A stretch of 64,000 nucleotides of DNA from Macrostomum hystrix (Eukaryota; Animalia; Platyhelminthes): contig CATNEN010000038.1 in assembly GCA_950097015.1 (NCBI GenBank), forward strand, positions 16,988,001 to 17,052,000. The letters are read 5' to 3'. Shown here in pieces: positions 1 to 10,882 of the stretch (positions are counted from its first letter, which is position 1; each line of letters opens with the position of its first letter). The position numbers were made by a program, and so were the translations under genes. The notes beneath the pieces were generated by a model. The model saw only the letters and a program-made list of their open reading frames with translations. It was not told where the DNA came from and did not search any database.

Positions 1-169
1 AGTTCTAAATAATTATTGCACTTCGAATCTCGAAATCGCCTTAAGGTCTTAATTGCTACACGCGTCAACAGATGGGGCCAATTTGTAGCCTCTTTAAAAA
101 ATCGTAGATTTCCCCCCAAAAGACCCCGCGGGTGGCGATTTCAAATGCCATCAACCTACTTCACGATGT

Positions 170-305
170 CTCCAAAACTGAATGACCAATTATCGTGAAA
201 GTCCACCAAATGAGTTTAAATATTTCGCTCTTAACGATGAGCTAACTTTCAAAATCGTCCGACGTCAGCATCGGCAATATATTCAGCCATTCTTGTTGGC
301 ACCCT
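170..305. repeat. Dispersed repeat/MITE-end family; inverted relative at ~4973-5120, partial copy at ~3530-3570
   Basis: ctttcaaaatcgtccgacgtcagcatcggcaatatattcagccattctt is a diverged reverse complement of aagaatcgctaaatatcttgacgatgctgacgtcggacggctttgaaag (~4989-5037); cgtgaaagtccacca / tggtggactttcacg also match. Confidence 0.55.
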
Positions 306-519
306 TGCTTGCAGATGTATATTTTTAAGACTAATTATTGTCGTAACTTCGACTCAAAATTCGTTAATAAAAATGCACAACTTACTACTGCTATCAGTAA
401 TAAAAACAAGCAGCAATTTTTTATCTCGTATTTTAATTTCAAAATAATCCAAGGAACCAGTACAAAACTACTCATATTTGTTAAAATAGATAACCCCTGC
501 CTGCAACCGAGAGCACAGC

Positions 520-690
520 CGCAGCGATTGTGTACTACTGTTCAGTCCATGGACTGGAAGGACGCCACACCCATTACAGCTGCTGAACTGAAGCAATACA
601 GAGTTAATTGTCTTGCTTGCTGAACGCAAGATGTTCCAGTGTAGTCAAGAATCGAACCTTCGACCTTCAAGTCGTGAGACCGACGTTTAG
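520..690 (-). mobile_element. tRNA-derived SINE fragment (family B)
   Basis: B-box-like GGTTCGATTC on the minus strand (~649-658); the cagtccatggactggaag..gccacac core recurs at ~13335-13370 (inverted) and ~61238-61350. Confidence 0.5.
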
Positions 691-780
691 GTATTAACGT
701 CTCTTACCACTAGGCTTAAAACCCCTACCTGACGAATGCTGAGTGGTAAAAAGGAAGACCCAAATGCTCCCTGAAGTGTA

Positions 781-1761
781 GCTTTTGCCATTCAATCTCA
801 GTGTTTTGCCATTCATACTCAGCCCCCATAGAATTAATCCAACCAGTTGGCGCGGTTTGGCCCATAGACTATCGCTCTGTGCCATTCAATCTCGGGTTTT
901 GTCATTCAAACTCAGGCTTTATAAGCCCGGTCTCTCAAACGCAGTCCTCCAAAAGACAGCTAAATTACAAATTTCTTCCATTGCATTTGCTTACATGGCC
1001 CAACTTACATGGGCCATATGCTTACATGGAGCGCCTGGGCCACGTTGCACTGGACACTCTGACGCCTCTGAAGGCCGCAAACTGGGAGATTGCCTGCAGC
1101 CGACTGTATCCACGGTGCATTATGCAAATTCCTTTTCTCTGAGTCATTTTTCTGATCCAAGACTTTAACAATTCGCTTAAATCCGTATGTTCCTCACTAT
1201 GATGCTAGAGGTGTTTGACTTGTAATGTGTATGAACTGCATTATGTTTAACAAGTTTAACAAGTCTGTTTTTTCGGTCCTGTGTTACATGAGCCGAGCTG
1301 AGGAATGATAACCTGTTCATTCCTTATCCACATTCCTTCTCCACATTAAAGCCTGAGTTTGAATGGTAGATTTACGCACTAGGAAGCCTAGCATAAGTGC
1401 ATTGATTTATGACCAAGTGTGTGTGCGCAAGACCAGCTCCTTCGGCCCATAGACAATACCCGTCTGGGATTTACTGCATAGTAGCTCAGAAGAGGGATGG
1501 CACGGAGATCAAGTGGGGCAAGATTTACCGCACAGTTGCGGAATTTACTGCACACTTCAATCTATTTCTTTGATGGCCTTTGGGCCATAAACTATACACG
1601 AGCTTGAGACGTTTACGCACACTTGGTTATATGTCAATGACAAAACCTGAGATTGAATGGCACAGAGCGATAGTTTATGGGCCAAACCGCACCAACTGGC
1701 TGGATTAACTCTATGGGGGCTGAGTATGAATGGAAAAACACTGAGATTGAATGGCAAAAGC
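781..1761. mobile_element. Non-autonomous DNA transposon/MITE with ~130-bp TIRs and TA TSD
   Basis: 781-908 (gcttttgccattcaatctcagtg...) is the imperfect reverse complement of 1635-1761; TA at 779-780 and 1762-1763; no transposase. Confidence 0.8.
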
Positions 1762-2038
1762 TATACAAACATTTATGTTAATCAAAACTAGAATAAATTC
1801 GGCAAAGATGATGTGCCACGGCCCATCCTATTGCTCGTTTATTTATAATATGAAAAAATACTTTGTCATGCAGAAGCAATACTATAGTAACTAAAAGGAG
1901 AAAAAGTCCTCAGAAAGTTTCTAAAATATCTGCAGTAAATAATCTTTCGCAAATGTCTAAAAATCGTTTACCCACATTAGACTGATGGTACAGCAAGAAT
2001 TAGAGTTTATTTATCCAATCTGCTCATCAATTCCGTGT

Positions 2039-3034
2039 TCACAGGTGTGTAATCTGAACCTGGCCTTTGAACTCAGACTTCTGCCGCTGTTGCGCCGAAG
2101 CGGAAGCCAGGGATGTGGTGGAAATCAATCCCCCCGTACGGCACATCTTCTTGTACAGGTGTGCCCCGAAGTAGATGAACGGATTAGCCAGACTGTTCAC
2201 GGCAGTCAACAGGTACACCAGAATGTTGACAGAGGCGCTCTCTGTGAAGTACTGCTGCATTCCAGCGTCAAGGACGTGCAGAGCTCCGTCTAGGAACCAC
2301 AGCAGATTTGGGAAGGCCTGAGTGACGACAAAGACTGCGCTGGCAGTCAGCATCACCTTGGTGAAGCTCCTGGCCGCAGAGTTGAAAGTGGCGCAGGTGC
2401 GTCGCTTGCCCTGCAGCTCCTTCAGGATCAGCGCGTAGAAAACCGACATGGCCAGAAGCGGCAGGGCAAAGCCGACGAAAAACCAGATGTGAAACTGGAT
2501 GGTGAAGAACAGGCGCCAAAAGCGAATGACGTAATCACCTTGTATCGATGGGTCGCAAACTCCATCGATGAGCATCTCTGGCAGGCACCAGGGAATTGAC
2601 ACCATGGCGCTCACCAGGACGCAGACAACAACGCCAAAGACGATGGAGCGCATCTTCAGGAACTTGTATCGCATTGGCAGGCAAACGGCCACGTACCTCT
2701 CACAGGCGATCAGGCACAGGTTGAACACGGACCAGAGGAACAGGAACCAGAACAGCATGCCAGTGTAGGCCACGTTGCACAGAAACAGATCGAGAGGCAA
2801 CCAGCCGGACAGAGGTAGGTTTCCCCAGTCCTGCATCTGGTAGAGCAGAGCCGAGGTGCACACGATCAGGTCCAGCCAGGCCTGCAGTCGGAACAGCACC
2901 CTGGGCAGCCGGCTGGTGACTCGGTTGCAGACCAGGTACACAAAGAGCAGCAGGTTGAGTAGAATGCCTGCAGCATTCACTGGCAGGTAGATTAGGCGAG
3001 TATTGATCGAATCGCGGGAACTATTGCTGGCCAT
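2039..3034 (-). CDS. Intronless rhodopsin-class (class A) GPCR, paralog 1
   Basis: Seven hydrophobic segments, TM3 end IACERY (DRY variant), TM7 NPFIY (NPxxY), N-terminal NSS sequon; first ATG at 3034 (the ORF track starts at an upstream TTG, 3043). Confidence 0.9.
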   Translation of the reverse strand: MASNSSRDSINTRLIYLPVNAAGILLNLLLFVYLVCNRVTSRLPRVLFRLQAWLDLIVCTSALLYQMQDWGNLPLSGWLPLDLFLCNVAYTGMLFWFLFLWSVFNLCLIACERYVAVCLPMRYKFLKMRSIVFGVVVCVLVSAMVSIPWCLPEMLIDGVCDPSIQGDYVIRFWRLFFTIQFHIWFFVGFALPLLAMSVFYALILKELQGKRRTCATFNSAARSFTKVMLTASAVFVVTQAFPNLLWFLDGALHVLDAGMQQYFTESASVNILVYLLTAVNSLANPFIYFGAHLYKKMCRTGGLISTTSLASASAQQRQKSEFKGQVQITHL

Positions 3035-3590
3035 CTGTGACAAATTCGTGATGCATATTGGTTATAGTTAAATTCAGTAGCTATTATTTCAAGTCCTGTC
3101 TCATTTGAACCGATCACTGTTGCGAATTATTTCAGCAACGTTTGAGTATTTGCTAAGATAAGGTGATTTTTAATGCAACTATCCAAGAATTTTGATACAC
3201 TAGCCAATTTCTCTTAAAAGTATACAGTTTCCAGATTGTTCGTCTAATTCCTGCAGCTAAAATCATAAATAAATAAGGGGATATCTCTGTGTGCATTATT
3301 GATTTTGGCTGAATGAAATTTGAAGGCATGAGCTTTGAAGGCTTTTTGCTCCGAGTCAGAAAACAAAAATTAGGGCAATAATTCACCCGTGTCTAACACA
3401 CATTAAATGCTTTCGGTTAGCAATGTAATCTTCAGTTTTCTTTTTTCTTTTCTCTGACTACAGTGCAAAATATTCAACCAATCGCCATGGAAATGCACAA
3501 CTAGGCATTTCTGATCTATCCGAAAGCATTGGCATCGTCGAGATATTCAACGATTCGTGTCGGGGAATTCGGTGCCAAAAACCATTAATA

Positions 3591-4842
3591 CGAGGGTTGC
3601 TCAATAAGTTTCCGGAAAAAAACATAGTTCTCGGCATTATTTTTAGGAGCTTTTTTAGGAAATGATCGGGGAGACAGGATGCCTAAAATTTCAGCTCGCT
3701 GCATTTCCATGTTAACTCGCAAGAAAGCCCAAAGCGAGAACCAGGACCCACCTCCAAGCCTGACCCGGCGTGACAAGAGAGACATGCTGCTGCTGCTTTT
3801 CCGCCTAGGAAATTCTCCATCCCAGTGCCTGCAGATGCTTCAAACGGCGCTTGGAAGTGAAGCCCCAAGCCAGAGCTTCTTGACGACGATCCGCGTGAAG
3901 GACGTCCGAATTCAGCCATCACGCCTACAACTGTGGCTGCCACCAGGCGTCTGCTTGCCGAAGACAGACGTGTGACCACTCGTGAGCTCGTACAGAATGT
4001 AGGGGTGTCAGATGGCACCATGAATTCCATTCTGCACGATCGACTTGGCGTACGCAAGCTGTGCGCCAGATGGGTACCCCATCAGCTAACTGCCGAGCAC
4101 AGGGCAGCCCGAGTCAGTTTCTGCCAGTCTGCGCTGCGTCAGTTCAACGCAGGAGCCTCACCGCTGGTGACCAACGTGCTAACAGGTGACGAAACCTGGA
4201 TCTACTTTTACGATCCAGAAACTAAAGCTCAGAGCCGGCAATGGGTTGCTGATGGTGAAGAAGTGCCGGTGAAATTCGCACGAGAACGCAGTGTCGGGAA
4301 AGTGATGTCGCTGTGGGATTCTGCCGCATGTGGTGCTGGACAAGGGTGCCACAGTGACGGCAGAGTGGTACAGAACCAGATGCCTCACTGAAGTGCTGTG
4401 ATCGCTTCAAGAACAGCGGCCAAAGACCAGAGATCGGCACATCATCCTGCACCACGATAACGCACCGGCACACAAGGCCCGAGTGACGTCAGAGTTTTTG
4501 TCGGCGACAAACCTGACGCTGCTGCTGCATCCGCCGTGCTCACCTGATCTGGCGCCTTGCGATTTCTTCCTCTTTCCGAAAATCAAGCGGAATTTGAAAG
4601 GGAGGCGTTTTGACACCGAGGAGGAGCTGCTGAATGCGATGGAAGGCGAATTGGCGAAACTCAACAGAGACCATTTGGGGGCATGTTTTTCTGCGTGGTT
4701 TAACAGGATGAAAAAGTGCTTGGATTGCGATGGCGATTGCGATGAAGAAGTGTTAGGATCTGTGTCTGACTGCTAGTAAAATTTCATGCTGGTTTGATAT
4801 TTAAAAATATGTTTTTTCCGGAAACTTATTGAGCAGCCCTCG
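3591..4842 (+). mobile_element. Mariner (DD34D) transposon, full length with a disrupted transposase
   Basis: TIR cgagggttgctcaataagtttccggaaaaaa / ttttttccggaaacttattgagcagccctcg; TA at 3589-3590 and 4843-4844; motifs WVPHQL, GDETW, HHDNAPAH, SPDLAPCDF split by frameshifts and stops. Confidence 0.93.
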
Positions 4843-5630
4843 TATTGGCAGAATTTTTCTGCTCACAAAATTTCGTCATGTAGCCATCTTGGCCATTATT
4901 GCCATATATTTTTGAACTAATATTGACTCGCCATTGAGGTTTACTCAGAGAAATGTGAGCTGTCCTTGTCACCAGGGTCTACAACGCAAGAATCGCTAAA
5001 TATCTTGACGATGCTGACGTCGGACGGCTTTGAAAGTTAATTCATTGTAAAGGGTATAGAAAATTTAGATCCATATGGTGGACTTTCACGAAAATTAGTC
5101 AATTGGTTTGGGAGCTATGGTCAGCTATTTTTGAGAGCTGGAAGTGGGTATTTGAAAACACCAACTAAAAGGTATTTCTACTATTTCGACAGGCAGATGG
5201 TGAATTTTTTTTATTGCACTCTTCACCCTCCGATATATTACTGTACCTATACATTCGTATATATTAGCAAAATGTATCTTTGCTAGTCCATTAAAACAGC
5301 AGATTCTATATACCTATGTTTGCTATTAAATGGCCGGGCTGATCTATTCACATAGTTCTTTTATCAAGAACTGTTTCTGCAGCTTGATTCGACAATGCGT
5401 CTGTGAGAACTGTAGCTTTGTACTTTTGAGTCGACTGCAGATAACTGCTACAGCTCATTGCTAAGGGATAATGTAGTCAAAACTTGCGAATAATTAAGTC
5501 AAGGAGTTCTAAACGTAGCATCTGAAATGGCATCGCTTGAAATGCAGCTACAGCATGAGGTTAATACAAGGTTCTTTTAGGTTTAAACAACCTTAAGAAA
5601 AAAATTAAATTTAATCTCGCCATTGTAAGA

Positions 5631-5701
5631 TTGAGCCATAGACTAAACCGACGAGTTAATTCGCCCTATAGCGGCAAGAAATAGTTTAGTCTATGGCTCA
5701 A
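5631..5701. repeat. 71-bp hairpin with a perfect 18-bp inverted repeat (micro-MITE-like)
   Basis: ttgagccatagactaaac ... gtttagtctatggctcaa. Confidence 0.6.
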
Positions 5702-6389
5702 GTTCTGACTCTTAAGTTTCTAAGGAAATAGAGAAGAACATCGCATACATCATGTATAGTTGACGATTTTTCTTGCAAGAATTGATTAAAGTTAATATAA
5801 AATACTTACCTCTTAATAGTGTTATCGTAAGTCGCCAGATAAATATTTCTAGTCAGGTAAATACTCTTTTTCCGAGAATCTACCGACCATTTAAAGGTGG
5901 AAGCAGGGAAGATTTGTCTATCTGTTAAAATCGTTTTGATTGGTCGAAAAACCCTGCTAACTTGCCGCCAATTGGCCTGTTAATAGCCGATCAGCTTATT
6001 CGACTGAAAGTCTATTGATTTAAGCAGACTTTTTAACAAAAGAGTATTTAATTTCGTTTTTATTCTGTTAGAAAATCGATGAAAACGTGTCTGCTTGACT
6101 GACGACCATTGAAATGTTCAATAGGATCTGAGGAATAATCGAGCAAATTCTTGAAAGTTTGAGTTTCACATTCGCTCTAAAATATTGATTTCAAATTAAT
6201 CGAATCTTTGAGGGTTAAAATAATAAAGAAGCTCTCGTTCATCAGAAAAACGACAGATTCCTTTTGAAGGGCTTATAGAAAGCTCATGTGACTCGATTAA
6301 AAGGTATACAGTCCACATACATTTATGCCTAAACTGTGCGCTGCCTGCCCCTACGCGAGGCTCTTAGGGCTCGGCAGTTTCAGGCATTG

Positions 6390-7340
6390 CTTCTTCTTCT
6401 TCTTCTTCTTTTTCTTCCACCGTCCTCAAAGCTGCCACGCGCAGCGAGGGGGAGAGGTGCTCAGAGGCGCCTCAGCCCGCGCAGAAGGGCGAGGACCTGT
6501 TCTTGATGCTGCAGGGGCCTCTTCGCATTTGGCGTGGCGTGGGTTGCCAGTATGGCCCCAGCACCTCAAGGTCATCTGCCGGATGACCATCCGCTCATCT
6601 GAAGGCCGCCTTGGCAGCTTGTAAAGGATAAGTCTGACCTGCTGGCCCTCGCAGCGAGCCCGGTTGGCACATTGGTCGACCATCTGGTTTCCCGCAGCTG
6701 TGTAGGAGGGCACGTGGACCTGTCGCAGCGGCCGTGCTCAAGGGCCATCAGCGCCTGTGAATGCTGTGAATCGCCTGCGCTGTCGTCAGCTGCCTGACGT
6801 AGTCCAGGACACTCCGAATGGCGCAGATTTCCGCCTCGAAGGAGCGGACGACCTTGCCAGCACGAGTTGCGATCGTTGAGCCCCAATGGCGAGAGGTAAT
6901 GACGGCAGCGCCCCAGGCATCTGAGGTGCCGTACCGTCGGTCCAGACGCCTATGTCCGTCGCTGAAAGGTCGGCGAGGAAGCTCAGCGCCCGACTTCATC
7001 GGGAGGCTTCGGGCACACGCAGTGGTGAGCGTCAAGTTGATGGTGATACCAGAGTTGTCTGCAAGGTGGGGCGTGTCCAGTGTCGGTGGCAGGTAGGGCT
7101 CGCTTGGGAGGGCATCGAGGTAGGCCGAGGTCTAGGGCCACGAGGCGCCAGCAGCCGCGAAGCAGCGGATTGAGCGCCGGGTCTTTGCGGCAACTGGCGC
7201 TCTCAATGGCGCGGTTCAGGAGTCTGCCGCGGGTGATTCGCGTTGCCGATTCGTAGGCCGGGACATTTTCAAGCTGTCGTAAGACACTAATCACAAACCA
7301 CGACGTGCTGCTGCACGAGCTGCAGGGGCCGCACAGGTAA
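6390..7340 (-). mobile_element. Degenerate non-LTR retrotransposon fragment with RNase H and a (GAA)n tail
   Basis: Frameshifted RNase H motifs FSDG, SFEAEICAI, DSQ..ALMAL, PS....GNQMVD; (TTC)n at ~6390-6417 reads as a 3' (GAA)n tail. Confidence 0.6.
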
Positions 7341-7664
7341 GGCCAATGGCGAACTGCTAGATACCTTGATAGAATGCTTAATGGATTACTCGAGTGAGCG
7401 TGAACTCAATGAATTTAGTCTCGTTGATTGTTGAAAAATTCCCTTTATTGAATTAACGTTGCACCAAAGCCACGTTTGGGGGGCTTTTCAAATTGTCAAA
7501 ATAGTTATAAGAGAGTATAACACTGGCTTTCTACGAAGACGCAAACTCAAAGAAGCAACTCAATTCTACCTATTTTCAGCAGCACTGAGCGATTCTAAAA
7601 CATGTTTGCCTATTGTGATTAGTAAAAGTAAATCGACGATGACTGGTTAAATAAGTGGCTGGGA

Positions 7665-8190
7665 TTTAACTTACTTGACTTAGCTGCAGGGGGACAACTT
7701 ACGGATGCCGCAAGAGGCGTCACCGCCCATTCCGCTAGCACGAGCAACTAAAGCTGCGGTGTCGCGCAGGGGGATCCAGAGAATCCAGGAGATGGAGAGT
7801 CGCTCGCCCGGTGGCCCTAATTGGTATCGGACGAGCTGGCAGATGTTCTCAGCCCTGAAAAAGTCTGAGCGACCTGAAAAGGTCCGGGTTTGGGCCGAGA
7901 AGGTGAGCTTGTCCTGAGTAAAGGCGGGGCAGTCGCAAATGAAATGCTCCGCATTCTTTGCATAGGAGAGGCAGAATGGGGACTCATCACTGTGGATTTT
8001 GGCTTGCAGGTAGTGATGCATAGCGAAACAGGCGTGGCCAGAGAGGGCCATGGTGACTGCCCTGATGTCACTGTTGTTTAGTCCAAGCAGGGCTTGGCGG
8101 AGGGCAGTGGAGGGACAAGGAGCAACAGAGCAAGACCGTTGACAATCGGCGGTGTTGATCCACCTGTCCTTGTGCTCCATTTGTACCCGC
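7665..8190 (-). mobile_element. 3' fragment of a non-LTR retrotransposon (C-terminal CCHC region)
   Basis: LSGH...SPFC....[12 protein letters not shown] is a typical LINE ORF2 C-terminal zinc knuckle; short TAAG-like tail near 7667-7683. Confidence 0.6.
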
Positions 8191-9147
8191 TGGTAACGTC
8201 GCCGAGCGGTAACGACGGCGATGAGTGGCTTTGATGATATGCACAATACGGTTATTGAGGCCGAGATCACAAATGACCAAGAGCTGATACGAGTTACCGC
8301 TAGTTAACTAGTGTCTATTGCCCTTTTTATTATTAGTTGCTATTGCGATACTAATATTATAGTTGTCGTCTGATAATCGGCATTGCTCACGCAATGTCTT
8401 TTATTGTCTTTTATTATGATTATTTCAACTAGCGTACACAAGAAAGAATATTTAGGAGTACAAAAAATAAAATAATACAAGTGTTTTGCGAAAAACATTA
8501 TTTTACTATATGAAGCTTCGGTATTTTTATATTGAAAAGGAATTTTACTCAAGAATAGAACAAAATCTTGGGATTTTAACGCGTTAGACTTCTGAAAACG
8601 AAAAATACTCAATCAATATGATTGAACATGGTCTATTTTCGTAGGGGATTTTCGGTCTTACTGCTCCCCATGTCTCACAGGCCAATTTTTCGTTTTCGAG
8701 ACGAAAATAGGACATTGTGCGCCTGTGCTCTGGTCTTGAAGTACTTTTCTCAGTTGAAGTCATTGAAATAACTTTTACAGTGCTGGTTTTGGTTGCTAAG
8801 GCAATAAATTTTTTTTGTCGCTTTTGTTATCCCATCCTCACCTTCAGTCTTTTTCGGGCTATTTTTAGTTTTGTACAGCTTTTTCAACGCTCGTATTTAT
8901 GGACTATACTGATGGCTTCGGTAAATTCATGCGCATTGTCCGCTATTCGGGGGTGTGAGTAAAAAACTCGCTTGCTGGATAACACCTGTTATACTCGGCT
9001 CTTCTCAAACCTGACCAAAATCGTCAGGATGTGTTAGAAAAATCAATTTCCTGAATGCAGCCTTTTTATACCTTCATACTTTTTTATTTAGCTAAGCCCC
9101 CAGCCGATATTAGCAATCAATAGCAGCTCTGGTAACAATTGTTATTT

Positions 9148-9430
9148 TTAGGGGGTGAGTAACAGAGCGGTTAACGCGTCTACCTCTCGCACCAAGGTCC
9201 CTGAGCTCGATTCCGGTTCATTTGGGGCGCAGCAGCGGAGAGAAGGCTTGGTGGCTTGTCGTGTAATTTTTCGCCCCTGAGAGCCAACCTCCAAATCGCA
9301 GTGAAAGTATACAATGCCTGACGATGAGAAAGTCAGGGCATGTGTACATGATATGTACTTGTACCTGCCCATGTACAAAATGGGCAGAATTGCCTCCTCG
9401 CTGGCTACTGGTCTAGTGCCATCAATTGAT
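9148..9430 (+). mobile_element. tRNA-derived SINE (family A)
   Basis: Head gcggttaacgcg...gagctcgattcc (A/B-box-like); clear homolog of 39836-40167, 48740-48937(-), ~32480-32600(-) and partial ~46270-46370. Confidence 0.7.
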
Positions 9431-9883
9431 ATGCCAATACTGTGACACTAAAGAATACTTTATTTATTGAATGTTGTTTACTTAATTTTCACACTTTACA
9501 TCGTTGAAATCGGTCGCCCACCGCCCATTAATCCTACGATTGATCAAGCGAGGCGACACGTGCAGAGGACCCGTGACAATTGTTCGCGAGGACATTTCTT
9601 TCAATCACTACTTCAAGTAGTATGAAAGAAACTTATACAGCATTCGTAGAAACATTCGTAGAAACATTTCTTGCTTTAAATAATAATTTCGATTGTGCCA
9701 GGTACCATCGAGATATGTTATACTCCTCATATGTGAATTCAAATTGTGGATTCAAGTGTCAACTGTGCCAAAGTGTGGATATCGTTATCTAAGGGCTGTG
9801 TGTGTGCTGTGTCATCCGCCACACCAGCAAACTTCGCTGGACATTCCGGACGTATTTCTAACAATCGATCGATTGTTAGTTGT

Positions 9884-10882
9884 TCAGCTGTTGGCAGAGC
9901 CAGGCTCGCGACCCCGGCTCTCCAAGGCGGTGCCGCCGCCGGAGCTCGCGCCGAGGTCGACGCCTCGTAGTCGGCGGCACACGTGCGAGCCGAAGTAGAT
10001 GAACGGGTTGGCTAAACTGTTTACGGCGGTGAGCAGGTACACAAGAATATTGATAGCCGTGCTTCCATTATAGTACTGCTTTATGTTATCGTCCAAAATG
10101 TGCAGTCCGCCGTCCATAAACCACAGGACATTTGGGAATGCCTGCGAGAAGATGAAGACGAGGCTGTTGGCCAGCATGATCTTGGTGAAGCTCTTGGCGG
10201 CACTATTGAATGTGGCACAGGCCCTGCGCTTTCCTCTGAGCTCCCTCAGGATTAGTCCGTAGAATGCGCACATCGAAATGAGAGGAGCAATGAAATTTAC
10301 GACAATCCACACATAGAACTGCGTTGTGTAGAACAGGCGCCAGTGGGTGACTACGTACTCGCTTTTGATGCTGGGGTAGCAGGTGCCGTCGACCAGTACA
10401 GGCGGCAGGCACCAGGGCAGGTTCGTCAAAACGCTCACCAGGACGCAGACAACAACGCCAAAGACGATGGAGCGCATCTTCAGGAACTTGTATCGCATTG
10501 GCAGGCAAACGGCCACGTACCTCTCGCAGGCGATCAGGCACAGGTTGAACACGGACCAGAGGAACAGGAACCAGAACAGCATGCCAGTGTAGGCCACGTT
10601 GCACAGAAACAGATCGAGAGGCAACCAGCCGGACAGAGGTAGGTTTCCCCAGTCCTGCATCTGGTAGAGCAGAGCCGAGGTGCACACGATCAGGTCCAGC
10701 CAGGCCTGCAGTCGGTACAGCGCCCTGGGCAGCCGGCTGGTGACTCGGTTGCAGACCAGGTACACAAAGAGCAGCAGGTTGAGTAGAATGCCTGTAACAT
10801 TTATGGGGACAAAAATTAGACGAGTGTCAAAGGATTTTGCCGTGCTTGAGTTGGACACTCGAGTTGTATAATTGTTGGACAT
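9884..10882 (-). CDS. Intronless rhodopsin-class GPCR, paralog 2
   Basis: 332-aa ORF, ATG start, 7 TM, CERY and NPFIY motifs; collinear with 2039-3034. Confidence 0.9.
   Translation of the reverse strand: MSNNYTTRVSNSSTAKSFDTRLIFVPINVTGILLNLLLFVYLVCNRVTSRLPRALYRLQAWLDLIVCTSALLYQMQDWGNLPLSGWLPLDLFLCNVAYTGMLFWFLFLWSVFNLCLIACERYVAVCLPMRYKFLKMRSIVFGVVVCVLVSVLTNLPWCLPPVLVDGTCYPSIKSEYVVTHWRLFYTTQFYVWIVVNFIAPLISMCAFYGLILRELRGKRRACATFNSAAKSFTKIMLANSLVFIFSQAFPNVLWFMDGGLHILDDNIKQYYNGSTAINILVYLLTAVNSLANPFIYFGSHVCRRLRGVDLGASSGGGTALESRGREPGSANS

Noticed and set aside
6325-6388. Hairpin atgcctaaactg...cagtttcaggcat next to the LINE tail
   Set aside because: Short imperfect stem with no recognisable ribozyme or ncRNA core
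9148-9225. Possible tRNA gene
   Set aside because: Only A/B-box-like head without a full cloverleaf; continues into a repeated SINE body
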